26,359 nt of DNA from a bacterium (GTDB taxonomy: Bacteria > Patescibacteriota > Minisyncoccia > Phycocordibacterales > UBA2163). This document shows positions 1 through 7,663 of the stretch, piece by piece (within the stretch, counting starts at the first letter, position 1; the number at the start of each line of letters is the position of its first letter). The stretch is taken from assembly GCA_018648925.1 (NCBI GenBank), contig JABGQE010000002.1:1-26359 (forward strand). Direction: 5' to 3'. The position numbers and the translations under genes are program-made. The notes under the pieces were generated by a model. It made no database searches. It had not been told where the DNA came from and was given only the letters and a program-made list of their open reading frames with translations.

Positions 1-953
1 AATTCCCCTTCTATATTTGGAATATAAATATTTACATTATTAGCTACTCTTTCTTCTCTACTTCCATTTAATTTTACTTCTGGGATTTTATTATTTAGTT
101 CTTCTATAAAATAATCTCTAAGCTCTGCAACTCTCCTTGTCTCATTCTCTCTATTCTTCTCCGCAAGCTCAAGCGCTTTTGTAAACCCGACAATAAGCGG
201 AACATTTTCTGTACCTGCTCTTATACCACCTTCTTGGTTTCTTCCTTTTACAATAGAGCTAATTTTTACACCTTTCTTAACATACAAACACCCAACACCC
301 TTTGGCCCATACATCTTCTGTCCGCCGAGTGTCATCATATCTACTCCAAGCTTTAAAGTATTTAACGATAGATATAATGGCGCTTGTGATGCATCGGTGT
401 GGAATAATATATTTGAGTTATATTCTTTTTTCTTACTTCTTACAGCTTTTGCTATCTCACTTACAGGCTGTATCGTCCCTATTTCATTGTTCACATACAT
501 TATAGACACTAGTATTGTGTTTTCTCTTATAGCATCTCTTACGTCTTTTGGATTCACCACTCCACTTTCGTCTACTCCTACATATGTAACATCAAGCCCT
601 TGCTTCTCCAAAGCTTTAAATACTTCCAGAACAGATGGATGTTCTATTGTAGATGTAACTGCATGTGAGTTTTTAATATCGTCTATACTACCTACAATAG
701 CCAAGCTGTTGGACTCAGTACCACCTGATGTAAATATTATCTCCTCACTTCTAGCATTTAAAACATCTGCCACGCTCTTACGTGCACTATCAAGCACTTC
801 TTTTGCCTTCACACCTTCTTCGTGGATAGAGTTTGCATTACCAAAATCCTCGGCAAAATACGGCATCATAACTTTAAGCACATCTGCATCAACTGGAGTA
901 GATGCTGCATAGTCCATATATATTCTTTTGTCCTTTTTATTGTTCCAAAACAT
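1..953 (-). CDS. iscS: Cysteine desulfurase (IscS/NifS family), 3' end runs off the left edge of the window
   Basis: Not in the ORF track because no stop falls in the window. Manual translation from ATG at 953 gives MFWNNKKDKKNIYMDYAASTPVD, then IIFTSGGTESN, EHPSV, FHTDASQA, LGGQKMYGPKG (PLP lysine) and RAGTENVP. Confidence 0.93.
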   Translation of the reverse strand, partial: MFWNNKKDKRIYMDYAASTPVDADVLKVMMPYFAEDFGNANSIHEEGVKAKEVLDSARKSVADVLNARSEEIIFTSGGTESNSLAIVGSIDDIKNSHAVTSTIEHPSVLEVFKALEKQGLDVTYVGVDESGVVNPKDVRDAIRENTILVSIMYVNNEIGTIQPVSEIAKAVRSKKKEYNSNILFHTDASQAPLYLSLNTLKLGVDMMTLGGQKMYGPKGVGCLYVKKGVKISSIVKGRNQEGGIRAGTENVPLIVGFTKALELAEKNRENETRRVAELRDYFIEELNNKIPEVKLNGSREERVANNVNIYIPNIEGE

Positions 954-1036
954 AATTATTTGTATTGTAGCGTGTGTATTAGTTTTTTGCAAAAAACTCA
1001 TTTTAATTGTATAATACAAGCTTATGTATTATCTAT

Positions 1037-1528
1037 ATGCCTTTTGATATTTCTTCAATCTCAATTCAAATGTATTTAATATATGCGCTTGGCGCTATTT
1101 TGATTTTTCTTGTAATCTGGATTATGCAGCTTGAAAGAAAGGTCAGAAACTTCACAAGAGGAAAGAACGGCAAAAGCCTTGAAGACTCAATGGTAATGCT
1201 AAAGAAAGGACAAGACGACCTTATAGGCTTCCGAAAAAATATGGAAGACTACCTTAGAGAAGTAGAGAAACGCTTAAGAAGGAGTACTCAAAGCATAGAG
1301 ACCATTCGCTTCAACCCTTTCAAAGGAAGTGGTTCTGGAGGCAATCAGAGCTTTGCAACAGCATTCCTAGATGAGAACGGAGACGGACTAGTAATGTCTA
1401 GCCTTTACGCAAGAGACAGAGTAAGTATCTTCTCAAAGCAGATAAAGAAATTTAAATCAGAAGTGGAGCTTTCAGAAGAGGAAAAGAAAGCGGTAGATGA
1501 TGCAAAAAAGAAACTGGAGTTAAAGTAG
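1037..1528 (+). CDS. DUF4446-family membrane-anchored protein
   Basis: N-terminal TM segment and coiled coil, then IRFNPF...GGNQSFATAFLDENGDGLVMSSLY...LSEEE, typical of DUF4446. Start chosen at MPFD (1037); the track start at 1007 overlaps the putative -10 box. Confidence 0.75.
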   Translation: MPFDISSISIQMYLIYALGAILIFLVIWIMQLERKVRNFTRGKNGKSLEDSMVMLKKGQDDLIGFRKNMEDYLREVEKRLRRSTQSIETIRFNPFKGSGSGGNQSFATAFLDENGDGLVMSSLYARDRVSIFSKQIKKFKSEVELSEEEKKAVDDAKKKLELK

Positions 1529-1546
1529 GTATGATAATCAACTATT

Positions 1547-3031
1547 ATGACAAAAGAAAAGTCAGACAAAAAAATACAGAGATCCCCCGTTATTGTTGTA
1601 ATGGGACATATCGACCATGGTAAGTCGGCGCTTCTTGACTATATTCGAAAAACAAAGATCGTTGAGAGTGAGTCTGGAGGTATTACTCAACACATCTCTG
1701 CATATGAACTTACACACAAAGACAGAAAAATTACATTCTTAGATACACCAGGGCATGAAGCATTTAAAAAGATGCGCTCACGTGGTGCTGAAGTTGCGGA
1801 CATTGCAATTTTAGTAGTATCAGCAGAGGAAGGTGTAAAAGCTCAAACTCTTGAAGCACTGAAATGCATACGTGAAAGTAAAACTCCTTTTATCGTCGCT
1901 ATCAATAAGATAGACAAGCCAGCGGCAAATGTTGAGAAAATCAAAACTAATTTATCAGAGAATGAAATCTACCTAGAAGGATTAGGAGGTGACGTACCAT
2001 TTGTACCAGTATCTGCTAAAACAGGCGAGGGTATTCCTGAGCTTCTAGACATGATGCTTTTAGTAGCAGACCTTGAAGAGCTTTCAGGCGACACTACGAA
2101 GAATGCAGAAGGTATAGTGATAGAATCCAACCTTGACCAAAAGAAAGGTATTTCTGCATCACTTGTGATAAAAGACGGTACACTTAAATCTGGAATGTTT
2201 GTAGTAGCAGGCGACAGTATGTCCCCAGTGCGAATAATGGAAGATTTTCAAGGATTGCCAATCAAGGAAGCCAGCTTCTCTTCTCCGATAAGAATAGTTG
2301 GCTTTAGCAAAGTGCCACAAGTTGGAGCAAAGTTCTCTACATTTGATAAAAAGAAAGATGCAGAGAAAGCCACAGCAGAAACAAATAAAGAAGTTGGTAA
2401 TAATGAAAATGTTGGTAATGATAAAAACCTTATAGAGCTACCTATCGTACTTGTTGCAGACGTACTTGGTACACTTGATGCAATAGAGCATGAATTTGAA
2501 AAACTTAAGAACGATAGTGTTGAAATACGAATAATCAAAAAGGGTGTCGGGTGTATATCAGAAGATGATATAAAGACAGCTAGTGGAAATGAGAATACTC
2601 TTGTTGTCGGATTCAATACGAAGATTGACGGGCCTGCACAAAGCCTTGCGAATAGACTTGAAATCGAAATAAAGACATTTGATATTATTTATAAAATAAC
2701 AGAATGGCTAGAAGAAGTAATAAAAGAAAGAACCCCTAAAGTAGAGGTGGAAGAAAAGACAGGTGAAGCTAAAATCTTAAGGATATTTAGCAAGACAAAA
2801 GACAAACAAGTATTAGGAGGGAGAGTGCTTGAAGGAGAGATCGCTCTCAGAGGAAACGTGAACATACTACGAAGAGGTGAGAATATTGGCAAAGGAGTAA
2901 TCGTAAACTTACAACAAAGTAAAGCAAATATAAAACATGTGTCAGAGGGTGAATTTGGCGCACAGATACAGACCAAAACAGAGATATCCGAAGGAGACAC
3001 AATTGAGGGCTTTGTAGTTAAAACAAAATAG
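1547..3031 (+). CDS. infB: Translation initiation factor IF-2 (short form without N-terminal domain)
   Basis: G1 [29 protein letters not shown], followed by domain II, C1 and C2 regions; lies upstream of rbfA. Confidence 0.97.
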   Translation: MTKEKSDKKIQRSPVIVVMGHIDHGKSALLDYIRKTKIVESESGGITQHISAYELTHKDRKITFLDTPGHEAFKKMRSRGAEVADIAILVVSAEEGVKAQTLEALKCIRESKTPFIVAINKIDKPAANVEKIKTNLSENEIYLEGLGGDVPFVPVSAKTGEGIPELLDMMLLVADLEELSGDTTKNAEGIVIESNLDQKKGISASLVIKDGTLKSGMFVVAGDSMSPVRIMEDFQGLPIKEASFSSPIRIVGFSKVPQVGAKFSTFDKKKDAEKATAETNKEVGNNENVGNDKNLIELPIVLVADVLGTLDAIEHEFEKLKNDSVEIRIIKKGVGCISEDDIKTASGNENTLVVGFNTKIDGPAQSLANRLEIEIKTFDIIYKITEWLEEVIKERTPKVEVEEKTGEAKILRIFSKTKDKQVLGGRVLEGEIALRGNVNILRRGENIGKGVIVNLQQSKANIKHVSEGEFGAQIQTKTEISEGDTIEGFVVKTK

Positions 3032-3037
3032 GATATT

Positions 3038-3358
3038 ATGTCACTTAGAACAGAAAGAGTTTCAGAACTTGTAAAAAAGCTTGCCGCAGAGTTCCTTTCT
3101 AGAGAGGCGGATAAATCTTCTATCATTACAGTTACAAGAGCAAATATTTCAGATGACCTAAAAAATGCCACTATATTTTTTAGTGTATATCCGGAAGCAA
3201 GTGAGGACGCAGCACTTAACTTTGCAAAGAGAAAACGAAGTGAACTTAAAAAACATGTAAAGTCAAAACTGCGAATGAAACGAATTCCATTCTTTGATTT
3301 TGAGATTGATTACGGAGAGAAAAACAGACAACGGATTGACGAACTTTCAAATAAATAA
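3038..3358 (+). CDS. rbfA: Ribosome-binding factor A
   Basis: RTERVSELVKK, ITVTRANISDDLKNATIF and RMKRIPFFDF match the RbfA KH fold; conserved infB-rbfA order. Confidence 0.92.
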   Translation: MSLRTERVSELVKKLAAEFLSREADKSSIITVTRANISDDLKNATIFFSVYPEASEDAALNFAKRKRSELKKHVKSKLRMKRIPFFDFEIDYGEKNRQRIDELSNK

Positions 3359-3362
3359 TAAT

Positions 3363-3434
3363 GGCCTGGTCGCCAAGTGGTAAGGCAGCGGTTTGCAAAA
3401 CCTCTATACGCGAGTTCGATTCTCGCCCAGGCCT
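3363..3434 (+). tRNA. tRNA-Cys (GCA)
   Basis: Acceptor GGCCTGG/CCAGGCC, D loop AAGTGGTAA, anticodon loop TT-GCA-AA, T arm GCGAG-TTCGATT-CTCGC, U73. CCA not encoded. Confidence 0.95.
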
Positions 3435-3467
3435 CAAGGTGTTAAAATAACACAAACATACACCCAT

Positions 3468-3549
3468 GCCGGGGTGGCGGAACTGGTATACGCGCACGAC
3501 TTAAAATCGTGTCTCGAAAGGGATGCGGGTTCGATCCCCGCCCTCGGCA
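3468..3549 (+). tRNA. tRNA-Leu (TAA)
   Basis: Acceptor GCCGGGG/CCTCGGC, anticodon arm CACGA-CTTAAAA-TCGTG, long variable arm, T arm GCGGG-TTCGATC-CCCGC, A73. Confidence 0.95.
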
Positions 3550-3561
3550 CAATTTATTGGC

Positions 3562-3607
3562 ACACAATTAAAAAACAGCACTTTTGAGTGCTGTTTTTTA
3601 ATTGTGT
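3562..3607. terminator. Bidirectional intrinsic terminator between convergent tRNA pairs
   Basis: Perfect 21-bp inverted repeat ACACAATTAAAAAACAGCACT-TTTG-AGTGCTGTTTTTTAATTGTGT with A and T tracts. Confidence 0.85.
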
Positions 3608-3679
3608 CCGCCCGGTAGGATTTGAACCTACGACATTCTCCTTAAGAGGGAGCTGCTCTACCAACTGAGCTACGGGCGG
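3607..3679 (-). tRNA. tRNA-Lys (CTT)
   Basis: Minus strand CCGCCCG-TA-GCTC-AGTTGGTA-GAGC-A-GCTCC-CTCTTAA-GGAGA-ATGTC-GTAGG-TTCAAAT-CCTAC-CGGGCGG-A, 73 nt. Confidence 0.93.
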
Positions 3680-3692
3680 TATTATTTACTTG

Positions 3693-3774
3693 TGCCGGGG
3701 AGAGGACTTGAACCTCCACGGATTGCTCCACTAGTTCCTAAGACTAGCGCGTCTACCAATTTCGCCACCCCGGC
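3693..3774 (-). tRNA. tRNA-Leu (TAG)
   Basis: Minus strand acceptor GCCGGGG/CCCCGGC, anticodon arm CTAGT-CTTAGGA-ACTAG, long variable arm, T arm GGAGG-TTCAAGT-CCTCT. Confidence 0.95.
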
Positions 3775-3790
3775 ATATTTTGTATATATT

Positions 3791-3819
3791 ATCATACTTA
3801 ACTTCTATAGCATAGACAA
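3791..3819 (-). promoter_or_regulatory. Putative sigma70 promoter for tRNA-Leu(TAG)/tRNA-Lys
   Basis: Minus strand TTGTCT-17 nt-TATGAT, ending 16 nt before the tRNA-Leu 5' end. Confidence 0.5.
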
Positions 3820-3826
3820 AAGATAT

Positions 3827-5347
3827 TTAAAACACAAACTTAAACAGCGTTATAAAGATATTTTTTATACTATTGAAAAACCTTATTGCAACTCCCCTTT
3901 CATATTGCGAGTCTTTAGAACTAATAACTGATGCCACTAAACTAGATGGGTCGTTTATATTATTTAAATCTTCTGATACATCTACATTAGAAAGTTCATC
4001 ATCAAAACCTACAGCAAGTGATGTATCTGAAGCGCCATCTTCTATACCTATATTTAAATCGTCTGGAATCGGTAACCCTTGTGCACGTAATGACTCTAAT
4101 AAATTACGGAAGTCTATAACTTCTTTTTGTTCGTCTTGAGTCAAAGCGTCAAGCTTAAAATCAATAAATTTATTACAATAAATCTCATTTATCTTCTTCA
4201 TTGTTGTTATATAAACATAACCAGTACTTGAATCCATGTCCCATGGTTCAAGAATATCTGATGAATATTTTTCTTGAAAAGTTTTAACGGCATTAAAAGT
4301 AGCAATGTCATAAGTACCTGTCACTTCTAAATCAAAACCTTCAAAATCGTTTAAAAAAGTCTGAAGCTTTAGAACTTCTACAATATCATTGTCTGCCCCA
4401 AATTTTATTGGTTTAAGTAAATATTCAGTACAAACTGTTGGCTCATCTGGCGCTACAACTTCTGGAGTAGTAGACGCTGCTTGCTCTGGTATACCTCCTT
4501 CCGGCAAAAGAGATAATTCTATTCCACCTACATTATCACTAAATCTATATGCAGCTGGTCTAAAATAATGAGGCATACTCAAATCAAGCCCAGTGATTGT
4601 CATAGAATGATTTGTAACAAATAGATTTGTTTTTAGAGTTGATGTCGCATATTCCACAAACGGTAATACTGCTGAAGTATACGAAGTTATATCATAAAAT
4701 ACCTTACTTAAAGCTTGCAGATTTGTGTCCCAAGTTACTAAAGCCGTACTTGTGGAAGTTTTTTCAACTCTTTCATTATTAATTTTAAATGTCGTTATCG
4801 TACCTCCTCCACCTCCTCCTCCCCCACTTAAGGGTGCAGGACTTGGTGTTGGTGTGGGAGTTGGTGGAGTAGAAGTCGCTGGTGGTGTTACGACTGGTGG
4901 AGTAGAAGTCGCTGGTGGTGGTGTTACGACTGGTGGTATAACTGGTGCATTTGTAACAGTAACAGAACTACTACAGCTTGCTGAAGAGCCACCAGATGCA
5001 ATGGACACAGAAGCTGTCTTAATACCAGTCGTTGTGTATGCCTTACTTACAGATCCAGAAGCACCCGCCAATGCCTCTGTTCCAGACCATGAGAAAGTAT
5101 ATGAACCAGTCCCTCCTGACACATTAGATGACCAAGTCACAGTGCCACCCACAGTCGGCGTAGTAGTACTAACAGAGCATGACACTGAAAGAGACTGCGC
5201 ATTAACTGTATTGATTAATAAAGTATCGACCAATGGTATGAACATAAACAATCCATGCAAAAATAACCCGATTATAAAACCGGCCATTATAGCGCCTAAA
5301 CTAGCACTAATATTCTTTATTATTTTTTGAGATTTGTTGTACTTCAT
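3827..5347 (-). CDS. Modular secreted/surface protein: PKD/Ig-like domain, Pro/Thr linker, FN3-like domain, peptidoglycan-binding-like domain
   Basis: Hydrophobic N-terminal signal ending ...VNA-Q; Ser/Thr-rich beta domain bounded by two Cys; PPVVTPPATST repeats and Gly7; TSTALVTWDTN FN3-like segment; EVLKLQTFLN...VTGTY...TFNAVKTFQEKY, a PG-binding-1-like motif. Confidence 0.75.
   Translation of the reverse strand: MKYNKSQKIIKNISASLGAIMAGFIIGLFLHGLFMFIPLVDTLLINTVNAQSLSVSCSVSTTTPTVGGTVTWSSNVSGGTGSYTFSWSGTEALAGASGSVSKAYTTTGIKTASVSIASGGSSASCSSSVTVTNAPVIPPVVTPPPATSTPPVVTPPATSTPPTPTPTPSPAPLSGGGGGGGGTITTFKINNERVEKTSTSTALVTWDTNLQALSKVFYDITSYTSAVLPFVEYATSTLKTNLFVTNHSMTITGLDLSMPHYFRPAAYRFSDNVGGIELSLLPEGGIPEQAASTTPEVVAPDEPTVCTEYLLKPIKFGADNDIVEVLKLQTFLNDFEGFDLEVTGTYDIATFNAVKTFQEKYSSDILEPWDMDSSTGYVYITTMKKINEIYCNKFIDFKLDALTQDEQKEVIDFRNLLESLRAQGLPIPDDLNIGIEDGASDTSLAVGFDDELSNVDVSEDLNNINDPSSLVASVISSKDSQYERGVAIRFFNSIKNIFITLFKFVF
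4862..4937. repeat. Intragenic tandem repeat (33 and 36 bp units) encoding the PPVVTPP(P)ATST linker
   Basis: TGGTGGAGTAGAAGTCGCTGGTGGT(GGT)GTTACGAC occurs twice in tandem, then a partial third copy. Confidence 0.9.
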
Positions 5348-5558
5348 AGTTAAATAAAAGCACTACAAAGAACAACACTTGCGACATGGCAGATTTTAAC
5401 CTGCACTTCCTTAAAGACCTATGTTTGTCACTACTTTATCTTTATAACAAACCCTAGTCAACCAAAATTATGATACAGATAACCATATTTAATACATGTC
5501 AATGTATATTTAAGATGTCCTTTAGAAATGTCTTTTATAAATGGCTTTATATAGATAC

Positions 5559-5596
5559 AAAAAAGGAGGTAATAAGCTCTTAACTTACTACCCCCT
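5559..5596 (-). terminator. Intrinsic terminator downstream of the lipoprotein locus
   Basis: Minus strand GGGGGTAGTAAG-TTAAGAG-CTTATTACCTCC (two G-U pairs) followed by six T. Confidence 0.75.
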
Positions 5597-5622
5597 CTGT
5601 ATGTTTACATACAAACTATTAA

Positions 5623-6034
5623 CTACGGCCCCGTTGTTGCAGTTGCGGCTGCTTCTCCACCATCTCCACCATCTGCAGTTACGATTGTAGTGTCAGATTG
5701 CTGCTTAGCAGCCTCATACTGAAGTAATCCAAGCGTTAAAGCAGGTGCTACATTTTTGGCAGTTCCTCCAATACCCGCAAGGAATGCTCTGACTCCTGTC
5801 GTTCCAGATTTTGGAATTATAACTAAATTACTACCCTGTTCATTTTGAAGTATCCTTCTTATCCTTATATGCTTCCACAGCTTTTTGATTCGGTTGGACA
5901 TACTCAAAGCGCCAGTTTGATATTCCTTCTTCAGAATTACTACTTTCCGATACCTCTCTTTTAGGCATAGTACACCCTGATACAAAGAATCCTATTAACA
6001 CCAAAACTAAAATAACTGACTTGAAATACTTCAT
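5623..6034 (-). pseudogene. Small lipoprotein split by a single-base frameshift (ORFs 5840-6034 and 5623-5985)
   Basis: GAGGAGG Shine-Dalgarno site, lipoprotein signal with lipobox VSG-C, early TGA at 5840. The +1 frame continues with protein-like sequence to TAG at 5623, followed by a terminator. Joined product would be about 136 aa. Confidence 0.6.
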
Positions 6035-6182
6035 AATACTTTCCTCCTCAATTTTTGACCAAAATATAAATGAATTTGTATATATTAAATTAAATCAAGA
6101 ACTCGCAGAAATAAAATTCGAACTTTCTATTAAGATGTTTACACTACTTTAACAACTTTGTCAACCAATACTAAACAAAAAG

Positions 6183-6220
6183 GCTTCATAATTTACGTTA
6201 CAAACTGTAAATTATGAAGC
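6183..6220 (-). terminator. Intrinsic terminator for the 6242-6751 gene
   Basis: Perfect 14-bp inverted repeat GCTTCATAATTTAC/GTAAATTATGAAGC, followed on the minus strand by CTTTTTGTTT. Confidence 0.75.
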
Positions 6221-6241
6221 ACTTTATTATGACGCCTAGCA

Positions 6242-6751
6242 CTACCTTATCTCAAATTGATCTATGAACCTCCAATTTAAGATAGAGTCGTCATGCTTAG
6301 TAGGTTTCCCATCCCAATTATCCGGAGCAACGGTTATCAAAGAATTCTTTTTTTGTATTCCACCATTACTAGTGTATAAAAGAGTGAGTTCATAAGCTTT
6401 CAGATAAAATTTCATATTTGCAGTATTTTTTTTAATATTATAATTACGCAAAACCTCTGCTTCTGAAATCTTTGGCGTCTTTTTTATACGAGATCCACTT
6501 ATAACTCCTCCATCTGCCAGATCCATCATTTTAAACATCTCTTTAGCAAGATTTTTTCCTACTGGAAGCGGTGTTTTTGCAATCTTTGAGATTATAAGAC
6601 TATAATCTTTTAGATCACTTTTTGTAGAAATAGACGGAACTTCAAATAACCAAAAGAATCCAACCCCTCCGATAATAAGCGTAACGATTACAAAAAAAAT
6701 CTTTATCTTCCATTCCCTAGGCATTCCAAACTCTCTTATCCTTTTATTCAT
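6242..6751 (-). CDS. Hypothetical membrane-anchored protein
   Basis: 169-aa ORF with one N-terminal TM helix, bracketed by a consensus promoter and a terminator. No family recognised. Confidence 0.7.
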   Translation of the reverse strand: MNKRIREFGMPREWKIKIFFVIVTLIIGGVGFFWLFEVPSISTKSDLKDYSLIISKIAKTPLPVGKNLAKEMFKMMDLADGGVISGSRIKKTPKISEAEVLRNYNIKKNTANMKFYLKAYELTLLYTSNGGIQKKNSLITVAPDNWDGKPTKHDDSILNWRFIDQFEIR

Positions 6752-6855
6752 TTCTTTTCCCAGCCTTTCTTTTCTTAGAAATTTTTTGAATTATCTTTTT
6801 ATTTTTTTGTAAAAAACAATAGATACATCGTCTTAGCTACTATCTATCTTCTGGT

Positions 6856-6884
6856 ATTATAGCAAATAATATATGTTTTGTCAA
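6856..6884 (-). promoter_or_regulatory. Perfect-consensus sigma70 promoter
   Basis: Minus strand TTGACA-17 nt-TATAAT with an extended -10 (TGC-TATAAT). Confidence 0.8.
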
Positions 6885-6895
6885 GTACCTATTGC

Positions 6896-6932
6896 AAACA
6901 AAATCCCGACCATAAATGTCGGGATTTTGTTT
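6896..6932. terminator. Intrinsic terminator closing the pilin array
   Basis: Perfect 15-bp inverted repeat AAACAAAATCCCGAC-CATAAAT-GTCGGGATTTTGTTT just past the last pilin stop. Confidence 0.8.
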
Positions 6933-6948
6933 TATTATCGTCTTTAAA

Positions 6949-7197
6949 TTATATTGTATTAAGAGTATTGCTTAATATGTTTATGATTGCATAAGCTCCA
7001 ACCATTATAAACATACCTACAATACCCCATACCATATGTTGTTTTCCTTTAGTCCTGCCCTCTTCACTGTCAGCATTCATTATAAACTGTGCCAAACCCC
7101 AAAGAAAAAATACTAATCCTGCTGCAAACAAAAGTCCTATGAGTGGATTTATAATCAGGAACTCAATACTATCGATTAATCTATAAACCGAAGACAT
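6949..7197 (-). CDS. VirB2/TrbC-like (T4SS pilin family) membrane pilin 1, no obvious signal peptide
   Basis: NPL motif and helical hairpin LVFFLWGLAQFIMNADSEEGRTKGKQHMVWGIVGMFIM, clearly paralogous to its neighbours. Confidence 0.8.
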   Translation of the reverse strand: MSSVYRLIDSIEFLIINPLIGLLFAAGLVFFLWGLAQFIMNADSEEGRTKGKQHMVWGIVGMFIMVGAYAIINILSNTLNTI

Positions 7198-7203
7198 ATA
7201 TTT

Positions 7204-7545
7204 TTAGAGAGTTACAGACGGTATGTCTATTGTTGAGCCGTCGTTTACTTCAAACGTATTAGCAAGAAGGTTTACTAATCCCCATACAGAAACCATTACA
7301 AAGAGTGCAATAATTCCCCAAAGCATTATATTCCTTCCTTCCCCTTTCTTCTCTTCATCTCCAGAGTTCATTATGTACATTGCAAGACCCCAGAAGAAGA
7401 ATAGGAGTGCAAGAGCTACAACGATAGGAGTTGCAGTACCTATAATACTTCCAAATGTATCCAATACAGAATCTGCATCAGCAGCTAAAGCCATGACTGG
7501 AGTTATTGCTAAAATACTTAGACCAAAAACAGTAAATTTTTTCAT
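7204..7545 (-). CDS. VirB2/TrbC-like pilin 2
   Basis: Signal peptide (MKKF...ALA-A), then VVALALLFFFWGLAMYIMNSGDEEKKGEGRNIMLWGIIALFVMVSVWGLV. Confidence 0.85.
   Translation of the reverse strand: MKKFTVFGLSILAITPVMALAADADSVLDTFGSIIGTATPIVVALALLFFFWGLAMYIMNSGDEEKKGEGRNIMLWGIIALFVMVSVWGLVNLLANTFEVNDGSTIDIPSVTL
7387..7407. repeat. 21-bp exact direct repeat, copy 1 (copy 2 at 7805-7825)
   Basis: ACCCCAGAAGAAGAATAGGAG is identical in pilins 2 and 3 (encodes LLFFFWG). Confidence 0.9.
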
Positions 7546-7602
7546 TTTTTTATAAATAATAAGTAATTAATAGACGACCAATAAATTCTAATCTATAAGA
7601 GT

Positions 7603-7632
7603 ATTATAGTATCTTATTGGTAGTTGTGTAAA
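7603..7632 (-). promoter_or_regulatory. Putative promoter for pilins 2 and 1
   Basis: Minus strand TTTACA-18 nt-TATAAT. Confidence 0.45.
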
Positions 7633-7663
7633 TAGCGGTAATGTGGATTGTTTAAGCTATATC

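Noticed and set aside
397-912. 171-aa plus-strand ORF, and similar antisense or overlapping ORFs (e.g. 2689-3171, 4725-5330, 10136-10957, 15332-15883, 20190-20606, 21500-21910)
   Set aside because: They are shadows of well-supported genes on the opposite strand (iscS, infB, surface protein, gyrA, rpsA, ybeY, ftsA) and have no family motifs.
3546-3569. Short direct repeat GGCACAATT / GGCACACAATT after tRNA-Leu as an integration (att) scar
   Set aside because: Too short, imperfect, only a few bases apart, and there is no integrase or island boundary.
5376-5415. Loose resemblance of AAGGAAG...GGTTAAAATC...CGCAAGTGT to a cobalamin riboswitch core, or of GGTCT..AAG to a c-di-GMP-I riboswitch
   Set aside because: The stem register does not fit, and the B12 box and GEMM tetraloop elements are missing. 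Kept only as an unnamed structured-leader candidate.
5838-5845. TGA readthrough (genetic code 25) as an explanation for the split lipoprotein
   Set aside because: Readthrough hits TAG three codons later, and TGA acts as a normal stop elsewhere (CDPS, helicase).
5623-5985. 120-aa ORF starting MYQGVLC as an independent gene
   Set aside because: Its first half overlaps the SD-led lipoprotein frame and has no initiation signal; only the distal part looks coding.
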